The translations under genes and the position numbers were made by a program. Below, one piece after another: positions 1 to 11,828 of a stretch of DNA of 64,000 nt. This DNA comes from Octopus vulgaris (Eukaryota). How positions within the stretch are numbered: the first letter of the stretch is position 1; every line of letters begins with the position of its first letter. Location of the stretch: NCBI GenBank assembly GCA_951406725.2, contig OX597815.1, positions 25,544,001 through 25,608,000 on the forward strand. The letters run 5' to 3'. Under the pieces are notes generated by a model that did not search any database, was not told the DNA's origin, and saw only the letters and a program-made list of their open reading frames with translations.

Positions 1-428
1 AATTCAACAAAAATTTTGTTGAATTTTCTTCTGCTTTAAATAAAGCATATTACTCTACCACTGGTATTTGAGTACTCTTTTTTGAGTACTCTTTTTTCCA
101 CCTTGTTTCACATTTATGTGTTTACTCCGGTATATATATATATATATATAAATAAAAACATACATATATGTATGTATGTATGCCTGTATATATGTGAGAT
201 AGTATTAAACTGAAACTATTAAAGTGGAAGTATCTGATATTACAATAGAGAGATGTTATTGTTTCACTTTTGATACGTAATACTGAAATAGTGGAGAAGG
301 TATGATATTGCTCTGGGCTTGCACTTGGCAAGAAGTTAAAAATTTGAATGAAATTGGTTGTGTAGTTCTCAAGTTTTAGGGATTCACACAGAGAGACAGG
401 CACACATTCTCATCTTTATATATATAGA

Positions 429-742
429 TTTCATTAAAAGATATCCATTTTTCTCAAAGTTACCAAGGAAAAAATTGGATCTTGTGAATTTTCCGAAAGT
501 CCTCTCCCCACCCATTCGGAAAAGATTTTTCCCATAAATTTCTTTTTAATCATAATGTATGCTGTTTGAAAGGTATTTATATTAAATTTCATTAAACGAT
601 ATCCATTTCCTTCAAAGTTACGGGGGAAAAATCCGACCTTGTGAATTTTTCGAAAGTTCTCTCTTCACCCCCTTGGAAAAAAATTTCCGTACAAATTTCT
701 TTATAATCGTAATGTATGCCATTTGAAAGCTATTTATATGAA
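429..742. repeat. ~160-bp tandem/dispersed repeat units
   Basis: Two adjacent copies of tttcattaaa.gatatccattt...cttgtgaatttt.cgaaagt.ctctc. A further partial copy lies at ~1560-1635 and an inverted copy at ~2985-3085. Confidence 0.65.
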
Positions 743-743
743 A

Positions 744-1545
744 CTAGCAGTATTGCCCGGCGTTGCTCGGGTTTGTAAGGGAAATAACTATATAAGCATT
801 TTTAGAGATGTAAAGTATAATAGCCATCTCAATATGGCTAACCACAAAGGGAGGTGTTACTGTAGCTTTTTACGTTCTGAGATTTAATAACACACTTTTA
901 GAGAGTTACTTCCCTTATACAATAGCAAAAAACTGCATTAAAAATGGGGAAAAATGATGGTGAATTTTTTTTTAAATCGTAGACTCATCGTAGACGCACA
1001 CTAATACCCAGAAGGGCTCGATATGAATCACGACTATAAAATACCCGCTTTTGGTTACACTGCACCGCAAAATGTGGGAGTAGTTAGGAATCTAAATCGT
1101 AGGAGACAGACACACAACTTCACTTTTATATACTCTTTTACTCTTTTACTTGTTTCAGTCATTTGACTGCGGCCATGCTGGAGCACCGCCTTTAGTCGAG
1201 CAACTCGATCCCAGGACTTATTCTTTTTGTAAGCCCAGTACTTATTCTATCGGTCTCTTTTTGCTGAACCGCTAAGTGACGGGGACGTAAACACACCAGC
1301 ATCGGTTGTCAAGCAATGCTAGGGGAACAAACACAGACACACATACATATATATATATATACACACATATATACGACAGGCTTCTTTCAGTTTCCGTCTA
1401 CCAAATCCACTCACAAGGCATTGGTCGGCCGGGGCTATAGCAGAAGACACTTGCCCAAGATGCCACGCAGTGGGACTGAACCCGGAACCATGCGGTTGGT
1501 AAACAAGCTACTTACCACACAGCCACTCCTGCACCTATATAAAGA
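744..1545 (-). mobile_element. non-autonomous Helitron-like element with nested SINE
   Basis: Minus strand begins TCTTTATATA and ends with the hairpin CCCGAGCAACGCCGGG plus CTAG, between host A and T. Homologous to 30619-31092. Confidence 0.75.
1133..1535 (-). mobile_element. tRNA-derived SINE family A (internal (TA)n, GTAAAAGA tail)
   Basis: Pol III A/B-box-like head (TGGCTGTGTGG, GGTTCAGTCCC), CCTTGGGCAAG core and repeated tail; more than 12 homologous copies in the window. Confidence 0.85.
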
Positions 1546-3437
1546 TTTTACTAAAAAAAAAAAAAATTCATAAAAGCTATGAAGGAAAAACTCAGATCTT
1601 GTGAATTTTACAAAAGTCCTCTCCTCACCTCCTGTTGGTTTGTGCACCTTTTTGTTTTCATATTCGTTTCATACACATTTTTTTTACACCAGTTGCACTA
1701 GTTTTTATTTTGTTTTTGTGATTGCGTAATAGAGTCAACATTAACCCAGTTGTGTTCTTTAACTGCACACACAGAGTCAGATTTCTTTAACCTAAAAGAA
1801 GAAAATGTGATATGTCAGGTCTTTTCAATTATATTAGCACAATAGCTGGAGAAAAATGTTGCAGTACCTCAAATGTTTGCACCAAGTAATGCAGAATTTG
1901 GGTCATGTTAAATGTGATCATTCATGTTTTCGTCCTGAACAGAACTGCAGCTGTAATAATTTTTCGACACTAGAAAATGTTTATGAATTTGTTTTCTACA
2001 CACGGGAATTCAAAATTCAAATTCTTAAATATTTTTACCCCCCCTCCCCTTCAATCCTAAACATTTATGGGCGGAATTTTGGTATAAGTACTCCATAGCT
2101 ATTTCTTGACTTTTTAGAATTTTCAGAAAACTTTTGCGAATTTGTGTTCTACACATGGGAATTCATATGATCATGTAAAATAAAATATAAATACAAGTTT
2201 TTTTGTGTGTGTTTTAAGGGCGATTTAGCTGTTGTTTTTAGCACATTTCACAACCACCTGATACTTTCCTCGTTTCTTTGGCATTCTGGCATGTATTGAT
2301 GTTCTTCAATATTTTTCTCTCCATAAACACATTTAAAAGAATGATGATGTGTTCTTTGCTGGAATTTAAACGAAAAATTCAGATTTTCAAAACAAATTAA
2401 AAAAAGAGCAAAACTTTTAGGATTGGGCGGGGCAGGGTAAAAAATTATAAAAGTAAATTTTGAATTAGGAATTTCGATAAATTGGCAAAAATTTTCTGAA
2501 AATTCAAAAAAATAAAGTTATGAGTGGTTATATAGGGTGCTTAATCTAGAATTCCACTCATAAAAAACTTAATCTACTGTAAAAGCCATGGAGCCTGGAC
2601 AAAAATGCCCTTGAATGAAAGCCCTTTGGACACTCTTCCATGCCCCAAATGCAAAGAAAAAAAAATGTCCTTTGGTAATATATATTTTTTTTGACAAAGC
2701 ATTTATAGATGTATTACAAATGCTTGTTTTGAGTCTCCCATAGTCTAAAATGAAAATTTTTTGCAGTGGAAAATAACGTGTCCAATTAATTTGCGCAGAT
2801 TGAAAACATTTGTCTTTCTTTAAAGATATTCTATGAAACACCTGTCTTTTAAAGGCATTTCAGCTGTGACCATCCTATTCTTGAAAAGCGTTTTAACTGT
2901 AACCATCCTGCATTCAAAACATGATCATTTTGTCTTTTTATTTTTAAACCAAGACCTTCAAACAACATTATTTGGGCTTTTCCAAGGGGGTGAAGAGAGA
3001 ACTTTCGAAAAATTTGCAAGGTCGGTTTTTTCCCCCGTAACTTTGAGGAAAATGGATATCTTTTAATGAAATTTAATATAAATACCGTAATAAAGAGGAA
3101 AGGTCTGAGAACTGAGACCTGATATATCTTTACATGCATGCTAAATTCTCTGCTGAACTTATTGCTGATTATCACCTTGTTGATTGCTCTCTTGTAAATA
3201 GCTTGTACAAGTCATTCATCTATTCCTAGTTTCCTTAACACCTACCCAATTACAATGTGAGGGCCTCTGTCAAAGGCTTTTTTCAAATTGCTGGGTATAG
3301 GGGCTTACTCCCAGCCATGCACATACAATTATCTCACAAAGAATATGGCATCAGTACCTTTTCCTGGGGCCAAGCTAAACTGCTTCTCATTCAGGCTAGT
3401 TCTGTTCTTAAAACAACCCTAACATCATATACATACC

Positions 3438-3668
3438 TATTTCTTTACTACCCACAATGGGCTAAACACAGAGGGGACAAACAAGGATAGACAAACGGAT
3501 TAAGTCAATTACATCGACCCAGTGCGTAACTGGTACTTAATTTATTGACTCCGAAAGGATGAAAGGCAAAGTTGACCTCAGTGGAATTTAAACTCAGAAC
3601 GTAACAGCAGCCTAAAAATTGCTAAGCATTCCGGCCAGCGTGCTAACGTTTCTGCCGGCTCACCACCT
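3438..3668 (-). mobile_element. SINE family B
   Basis: Homologous to 13494-13726 (GCCTTTCATCCTTTCGGGGTCGATAAA core). Confidence 0.8.
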
Positions 3669-3687
3669 TAAACACCATATACATACC

Positions 3688-3980
3688 ATCATCATCATCA
3701 TTGTTTAACATCCGCTTTCCATGCTAGCATGGGTTTGATGTATGACTGAGGGCTGGCGAACCAGATGGCTGCACCAGGTTCCAATCTTGATCTGGCAGAG
3801 TTTCTACTGCTGGATGTCCTTCCTAACTTCAACCATTCCAAGAGTGTAGTGGGTGCTTTTACGTGTCGCCAGCACGAGGGCCAGTCAGGTGGTACTGGCA
3901 ACGGCCACGCTCAAATGATGTTTTTTACGTGCCACTTGCACAGGAGCCAGTCCAGCAGCACTGGCAACAACCTCGCTCGA
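3688..3980 (-). mobile_element. SINE-like family C ((GAT)n tail, internal ~60-bp repeats)
   Basis: Reverse complement of ...GGAAGGGCATCCAGCTGTAGAAAC...CCATGCTAGCATGGAAAGCGGACGTTAAAC(GAT)n; about 20 copies in the window. Confidence 0.85.
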
Positions 3981-4199
3981 AAAGAAAAACACGTGAAAAC
4001 ATACCATATATATAATTTATGTACAGCATGCCACCATTTCCACAGATTTTGTTAAAATCCTGACACCTACAAGATTAGTCCAAAGGTACTTACTGAGCCT
4101 CTAACTTCAGACACAACATAAAATGAAGCACTTCTTTCTAATGTATAACACCTTACAGCTACACCATAACTGTGAAATGTAATATTCACCTTTCTTTTT

Positions 4200-4590
4200 A
4201 TTTTTTCACAATGTATTGAACACACACACCTCTAAGGTATTAGTCACAATGGATTGGAAATTATTCTTCTCACAGCAGGGTACAAATGTCCAAATGTCTT
4301 CTTTAGTGGTTGCTAAGTTTACATTAGGTTTTACTAGGTTTTGATTCCATGCCTCGAACTTTTCTCTCAATCTTCCACAGTCTCTGCTGTAAGAATTTAG
4401 AATCAGTATATGGGAGTTCCCATGTGCAACCATTCTTCAACCCCATTGTTATGGTTAGGAGGGCTCCGAGAAGCAAGCCCTGATGGACACCCACCTACTT
4501 GCACTCTAAATTCCTCACTGAATTTATTGCCAAATTTTACTTTGCTGGTTGCATCATCAGTATTACTATCAACATCATTTAACATCCATT
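4200..4590 (-). mobile_element. degraded RTE-like LINE reverse transcriptase fragment
   Basis: Frameshifted SKVKFGNKFSEEFRVQVG...LREKFEAWNQNL...VNLATTK. A related + strand fragment lies at ~7240-7650. Confidence 0.55.
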
Positions 4591-4594
4591 AACG

Positions 4595-4770
4595 CCAACC
4601 ACTACACTCTCGGAGTGGTTGGCGTTAGGAAGGGCACCCAGCTGTAGAAACTCTGCCAGATCAAGATTGGTGCCTGGTACAGCCATCTGGTTTGCCAGTC
4701 CTCAGTCATTTGTCCAACCCATGCTAGCATGGAAAGCGGACGTTAAACGATGATGAAGATGATGATGATA
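4595..4770 (+). mobile_element. SINE-like family C
   Basis: Conserved 3' body and (GAT)n tail. Confidence 0.8.
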
Positions 4771-5736
4771 ATTTAGCATCTGTGTTCTATACTGGCATAG
4801 GTTGGATGGGTTGACAGGATTCAATGAGGCCAAGGACTGCATCATGCTCCACTGTCTGCTTTGGCATAGTTAGGGTCATGCTCATCCTAGGCTCATCCTA
4901 ATGCCAACCAATTACAGAGTGTACTGGGTATATTTTTTCATGGCACCAGTACTACTGAGGTTGCCATGCAGCTTCCAAGAGTATATACTTCGAGGAAATG
5001 GGTTGTCAGCTTTATTTTAGAGATTGAGAGGATACAGTTTGACAGAAAAGTTGGGGGAAGTGCAGGTTCTTGTAGTAGAGCTGCATGGTTACCTAAATTT
5101 AGTTGATCTCTTTACATAGATTGTGCTGCTTTCCCCCCGACCATTCAACTCATGGTTTCCTTAGTAACTATCAGACAATAGATTGTAACACTGCTCGAAA
5201 TCAACAAATGCTGGGTAGAGAGGCTTACACTTGGCTAGCAACTTTTTGTAATTATCTCAGTATGAAGACATTATCTCCCAATTTCTCTCTCTCTTTCATA
5301 CACCCACACACATATCAAACCTGTATTTTATTACATTATTTCATATCTTAATTATGTATTTTGATAATAGTATTGTTAGCCTTGGAATTACACATAATGG
5401 GTGTTTGCAACATTTACATAAGTGTTCTCAAGAGCAACAAATTAACATACGTAGGCACACTTATCAAAACATATATTTAATATATTTGGTTAGAAAAAAT
5501 CTGTTGTATTTTTTATGAAATTTGATAAAAATTTTGTTTCATGTTTCCTCTTCTTTTTAGTCAGCTGCAAGCACTTGATACAAGCTAGAGACAGATAAAA
5601 TAAAGGATAACCTCTACTTAAATATTTAAAGCTGTATATGTTTATAATTAAAACAGCCTCTCTCTCTAAGTCTATTTTCCACTGCTTAGTGGTTGAATTC
5701 TTAAACCTGAAACTTCAATTTCAACTGAGAAGGAAA

Positions 5737-6530
5737 TACTGTAGAACCTTGCAGTATGAGCAATTTGCTGTATGAGCCGAGGCTCAAGCGAATTTTTGTC
5801 TTGAAGTATGAGCGGAAATCCACAGTACAAGTGAGTTTCATACAAGCGACTGCTCATTGGCACTGAGCTTGCACATGCTCTCCCAACAAGAGCAGCCTCT
5901 GTTCGCTCAGTTCATGTGTTTATCTCATTGTGACAGCATCCCTATTGTGTTTCTTGCAGTGTTTTTTTTTTTTTGGTTTTGTGCACTTTTACTATTAGCC
6001 TCGGGCCATTGCCAGCCTCCTTGGCTCCCATGCCAGTGGCACGTAAAAAGCACCATCCGATCGTGGCCGTTTGCCAGCCTCATTTGGCACCTGTGCCGGT
6101 GGCACGTACAAAGCACCCACTACACTCGCGGAGTGGTTGGCGTTAGGAAGGACATCCAGCTGTAGAAACATTGCCAGATCAGACTGGGCCTGGTGCAGCC
6201 TTCTGGCTTCCCAGACCCCAGTTGAACCATCCAACCCATGCTAGCATGGAAAACGGACGCTAAACGAAGAAGTCATGAGTCCTAAGAAGGTTAATGCAAA
6301 GGACAGTACCAAGAAGACAAAGCTGATTGCAATAGAATTGAAGAAGGAAATCATTGATAAACATGAGAAGGGAGTGTGTAGTGGACAGTGCACTCAATAC
6401 GGCCGAAGCATCAATAATCTGCATCATCCTGAAGAAAAAGGATGGGATCAAGGCTGTTAGAATAGTCAAAGGTTGTCTCCAGGCTCTCTAAGCAATGCAC
6501 ATCTGTCCAAAAAGAGATGGAAAAATAACA
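5737..6530 (+). mobile_element. pogo/Tigger-like DNA transposon 5' relic, interrupted by a family C copy (~6002-6272)
   Basis: TA-CTGTAGAACCTT terminus; MSPKKV...IAIELKKEIIDKHEKGV resembles the N-terminal HTH of Tigger/CENP-B-type transposases. Confidence 0.65.
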
Positions 6531-6736
6531 TGCACAACCATTAAAATGAACAAAGAACCTTACAAAAACAATAGTTTTGACTTTAACCTATTTTAAGACC
6601 AAGCCCTAACTTTGGATTGGAGTGAAGTTGAGGTCAACAGCATATACTTATAAATTACAACACTTCCACTCCCACAGAACACTAACTGACATGAATTTAC
6701 TTCAGTCAGTTCACTTTGAGGATGACCAAATGGAAA

Positions 6737-6830
6737 GGCTCTGATGAAGCTGCACCAACGATATTGCAAGGTAACATTTGCAACAGTGATTAGTTACAGC
6801 AGCAGAAACACATCTAGGTCATTGTAATAT
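6737..6830 (+). ncRNA. degenerate hammerhead ribozyme-like motif
   Basis: CTGATGA-A-GCTG...CAGC-A-GAAAC; stems I and III are poorly preserved. Confidence 0.35.
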
Positions 6831-7717
6831 GCTGTATATAATTATAAAATAAATTTCGTGGATGTACTAGTCTCCATACTCTTTGTTATTATTAATATTT
6901 ATTTATTTCTGTGTGTGTGTCTTCTTACAAAATCTTGTCCAGACCTGCATGTACATTGTAAATATTGACTGACAAAGGCACTATACACACACTATTTGTG
7001 TGTGTATGCACAAACCTGTGTGTGTGTGGGTCCTCTATTGGTTCAGTATTGAAGTACTATTCCTGGTTTCTATTCATCATCATCATCATCGTTTAACGTT
7101 TGCCTTCCATGCTAGCATGGGTTAGATGATTTGACAGAGGTCTGGCGAACCAGATGGCTGCACCAGACTCCAATCTGATCTGGCAGAGTGGAGTCTGGTG
7201 CAGCCATCTGGTTTGCCAGATGGCTGCACCATTGATTTGGGGAATACATTTGTCAGGGTACCATGTTCTGTAATTTGATGGTCACTGAGGAAACTAGATG
7301 TAGACAAATGGCTTGTGAGGATTGTACAAGTTATGTACAAAGATGCAGTAAGTAAAGTAACAATCAATAATAATTTCAGTGAGGAATTTATCATGAAGGT
7401 ACAAGTCCACCATATCTCAATCTTCAGTCTTCTATTCATTATAGTCCCATGGACCATCACAGAGGAACTCTTATATGTTGACTCTGTAATGGAATTACAT
7501 AGAAAATTCTAAGTTTGGAAGCTAAACATAGAATTGAGAGATCCTAAAGTAAGCAATGATGAAAGTTTCTGTGAATAGGAAAGAAAACAGGACCTTGGTA
7601 TCTTCAGGGAAGTGACCCGCATGATAGGCAAAGGTGTAGGTATAAACTCCTTATGCTGTAATCAACTTACTCCCTCCCCTAAAATTGCTTGCTTTGTACC
7701 AAAATTTGAAGCCATTA

Positions 7718-7755
<38 letters not shown>

Positions 7756-8094
7756 GTCGTCGCTGCCACAGCAGCAAAGGCAGCATGCTGGCAGAATTGT
7801 TAGTATATCTGGCAAAATGCTTAGCATTTTTCTGTCTTTACGTTCTGAGTTCAGTTTCTGCTGAGGTTGATTTTACCTTTCATCCTTTTGGGGGTCAATA
7901 AATTAAGTACCAGTGTAACACTGGGGTTGATGTAGTCAATTACTCTCTCCCCCAAAATTTCAGGCCTTGTGCATATAATAGAAAGGATTATTATTATTGT
8001 TGTTGTTGTTGCTATTTTGTAATTATTGTGCATATTATTAAGAGCACTATGTCGACATTTTGCCTGTTATCAATAATCACTTTATATTTTTCAG

Positions 8095-8242
8095 GGGTAA
8101 ATGTGAAAAACTTGAAGACTTATATGAAAGGTTTTGGCAGTGGCGTCTTGATGACAGCCCTGATTTTGCTGCTTTTTGTGGGAAAATGGAGTATAATGAT
8201 CGAGTAGATGACTTAAGTGTTGACGCTTACAAGAAGCAAAAG
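8095..8242 (+). CDS. DUF885 gene, exon 1 (first visible)
   Basis: tttttcag|G...AAG|gtactg; [49 protein letters not shown]; starts with the last base of a split codon. Confidence 0.85.
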
Positions 8243-11200
8243 GTACTGGTTTTTCCATCATTAACCCTTTTGATACCAAACTGCCCATGGATCTATGATG
8301 CAAACTTCCTATTTTAAAATGAACTAAATTAAAACCTTCTGTAAAAATTTCATCTTAATTTATGTACTAAACTCCAGTTTAATTCTGATAAAGTTATTTT
8401 ACTAAATTCTTCATTCATAGGCGTAGGAGTGTGTGTGGTAAGTAGCTTGCTTATGAACCACATAGTTCTGGGTTCAGTCCCACTACGTGGTGCCTTGGGC
8501 AAGTGTCTTCTACTATAGCCTCGGGTCAACCAAAGCCTTGTGAGTGGATTTGGTAGACGGAGACTGAAAGAAGCCCGTCATATATATGTATATATATATA
8601 TGTATGTGTGTGTATATGCTTGTGTTTGTCACCCCAACATCGCTTGACAGCCGATGCTGGTGTGTTTTCGCACCCCGCAACATCACTTGACAACCGATGC
8701 TGGTGTGTGTACATCCCCGTAACTTAGCGGTTTGGCAAAAGAGACCGATAAAATAAGTACTAGGCTTACAAAGAATAAGTCCTGGGGTCGATTTGCTCGA
8801 CTAAAGGTGGTGCTCCAGCATGGCCACAGTCAAATGACTGAAACAAGTAAAAGAGTATTACCAAAATTAAATAAAACGAAGGCAGCATATTTTAACAGGA
8901 ATTCTGTAATGAAAAGATTAAGGATAAAATTTTATTCAAATTAGGCTGTTACACCTTGGTAATGTTTAAAAAGCTTTTCCAAAACAAAATATTAATGATT
9001 TTAAAGAAAAATATCACGTTATACTCTTAATTTTCATGAACATTTATCATCATTTTTACTTGTGCAAAGATTTATTGCCTTTGACAGTTTTATATCTCCA
9101 ACATTGTGAAAACTATATTCAATTTTAGTTTTACCTTTACAGCAAATAACAGTTTAAGCTACTAAGTAATTGTATCCAGCAGATATTCAACATATATTCA
9201 GGTCTCAAATATAGGGTTGTGACTATCTGATTACTGGTGGTCTTAAGCCTAATTTTGTACCATGTTTACATTGTGTCTCTTCTAACACCACTCTGTTAGA
9301 CTGTGTTGGCTGCACACTGCCTTGACCCAAATCCTCTGTTTTCATCTATTTCTCTGTCTCTCATGCTTGACTTTTCATTATAAACAACTCACTGAATCCA
9401 AGTATTCAAACTTTCTACTTTATACTTCAACATTCCACTCCTTTAATGCATGCTGCTTCTATAACCAATGTAGTCGGATTAATATCCCACCATCAAGCAG
9501 GTTAAAAGTGTACAGCAACATAATATAGTCTTACATGGAGTGCTGTTTTGAGTAGCAGTTGTAGTAAAGCCAGATCTACTAGAGACCTATTCGTTCATAT
9601 TACTCACCCGTGGGATTTGTTCTTGAGGCTTGTATTGTGTTCCATATCTCAAGGTCACAGATTAATCACTATTCTCAGTCCTTTCTCCCCAGAGCCTTAG
9701 TCTGTTGAAAAATTCTTCTCTGAATATGTTATCTAGCAGCTATTAACTTTTTAAATAGGAACAGTAACCATATAAATTTCACCAATCTTGGAGAGCTTGT
9801 GCAGACTATGGGTGTAGCCTCTTCTTGCAGATCAAACTGATAAAATAAAACAAGCAATAGTACTTACAAAAAAAAAGTTTCTTCTCTCTGCTACAACAAC
9901 TGTTTTCACTATTCTGAACCAGCAAGTTACATACACTTCCATCCAGACTCATCTGTCTTGCTTGTTTCTCCTCACATTGTAGTTAGTTAGTTAGTTAGTT
10001 AATTTGGCTCAAAAACAAATAGCAAGGCCATGTAGGGGGACATGGAGTTAAGTACAGGGTGGTGTTCATGTAAAGAGTTCAGGCCACTTGAGGTCCAGGG
10101 AGGCTTTGAACAAAGCGGTCATCGGCATCTTCACTATCTTGTCTGGCAGCTTGTTCCACGGATCCGCAACCCGGACGGAGAAAGCTCCTCTCCTTCGATT
10201 GAGATGAAATCGTCGCAGGTAGAGCTTTTCGGAATGACCCCGCAGCCGACGCTCTGGAGCAGGAGTGAAGAACAGCTCTTTCGAGAGGTTACACTTTCCG
10301 CTTACGATGTTGTGGGCGAGAATGAGATCACCACGGCGGCGGCGTTTTTCAAGAGAATAAAGGTCGAGCGTCCTCTGCATCTTACCCTAGATCCTGTTAT
10401 AATTCCTTTGTCAATCAATTCTCAATTAAAGCTACTGCCCTCTGGAATGCCCTTCTATCATCGTCGTTATCACCATCACCACCACCATCATCATCTCATC
10501 ATCATCATTATTTAACATTCGCTTTCCATGCTAGCATGGGTTGGACGATTTGACTGAGGACTGGCGAACCAGATGGCTGCACCAGACTCTAATCTGATCT
10601 GGCAGAGTTTCCACAGCTGGATGGCCTTCCTAACACCAACCACTCCAAGAGTGTAGTGGGTGATTTTACGTGCCACCGGCACAAGGGCCAGTCAGGCGGT
10701 ACTGGCAACGGCCACGCTCAAATGGTACTTTTTATGTGCCACTTGCACAGGAGCCAGTCCAGCGGCACTGGCAATGACCTCGCTTGAATGTTTTTTCACG
10801 TGCCACCAGCACAAGTGCTAGTAAGGCGATGCAGGTAACGATCACGCTTGAATGGTGCTTTTTACGTGCCGTCGGCACGAAGGCCAGCTCGTTGCTCTGG
10901 CAACGATCTCATTCGTATGGTACTCTTAGCGCTTCACTAGCACGGATGCCAGTCATCAAATTTGATTTTGATTTCACTTGCCTCAACTGGTCTTCGCAAG
11001 CAGAGTTTAATGTCCAGTTTTCTTCAAATGTCAACCTACAGAAGTTCAAATTAAGCATCAATTTGCCCACAAGTCTGAAAGGATTTAGAGCTTGGCACAG
11101 ACTTCTGATATGTCAATTCCTGTAAAACCCCTGCCAGCATGGAAGGAGGATGTTAAATGATGACGATAATGATGATGAAAACAAAAATATTATGAAGGAG

Positions 11201-11779
11201 TGATTTTACTTCAAATAACAAAACACAGAAGATAGTCTAGCATAGAAAATTCTTTGTTGAAAAACTTCTAGTGTTGCAAAATTCTTTGCTAACAGCACTT
11301 AGCTTAGAGATTTATGTTCTGGTTTGAATTTTACTGTAAATAATATCATATTGATTCTAATCTTTCTTCTTTAAACCTTTATAAATTGTTACTGTTCTTT
11401 TGTTTCTTTTCCTTTTTAATATGGTTACAGCCAATCATAGAAGGATTTTTGAAAGAAGCTTCTGCTATAGACATGTCAGATCTTGATCATGACTCCAAAA
11501 TAAATCTTCGTTTACTGAAAGAAGATCTTGAGAGCACTCTTAAAGGTTTAGACTTCATGGGGTAAGTTACTCTCTTTACTCTTTTACTCTTTTACTTGTT
11601 TCAGTCATTTGACTGTGGCCATGCTGGAGCACCACCTTTAGTCGAGCAAATCGACCCTGGGACTTATTCTTTGTAAGCCCAGTACTTATTCTACCGTCTC
11701 TTTTTGCCGAACCGCTAAGTGATGGGGACGTAAACACACCAGCATCGGTTGTCAAGCGATGGTGGGGGGACAAACATAT

Positions 11780-11828
<49 letters not shown>

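Noticed and set aside
3698-4055. Recurrent short ORFs such as ...[13 protein letters not shown]... and ...[12 protein letters not shown]...
   Set aside because: Translations of non-coding SINE families C and A; frames are not conserved between copies.
10670-10950. CRISPR-like repeat-spacer pattern
   Set aside because: The spacers are homologous to each other, the array is part of a dispersed retroposon, there are no cas genes and the context is eukaryotic.
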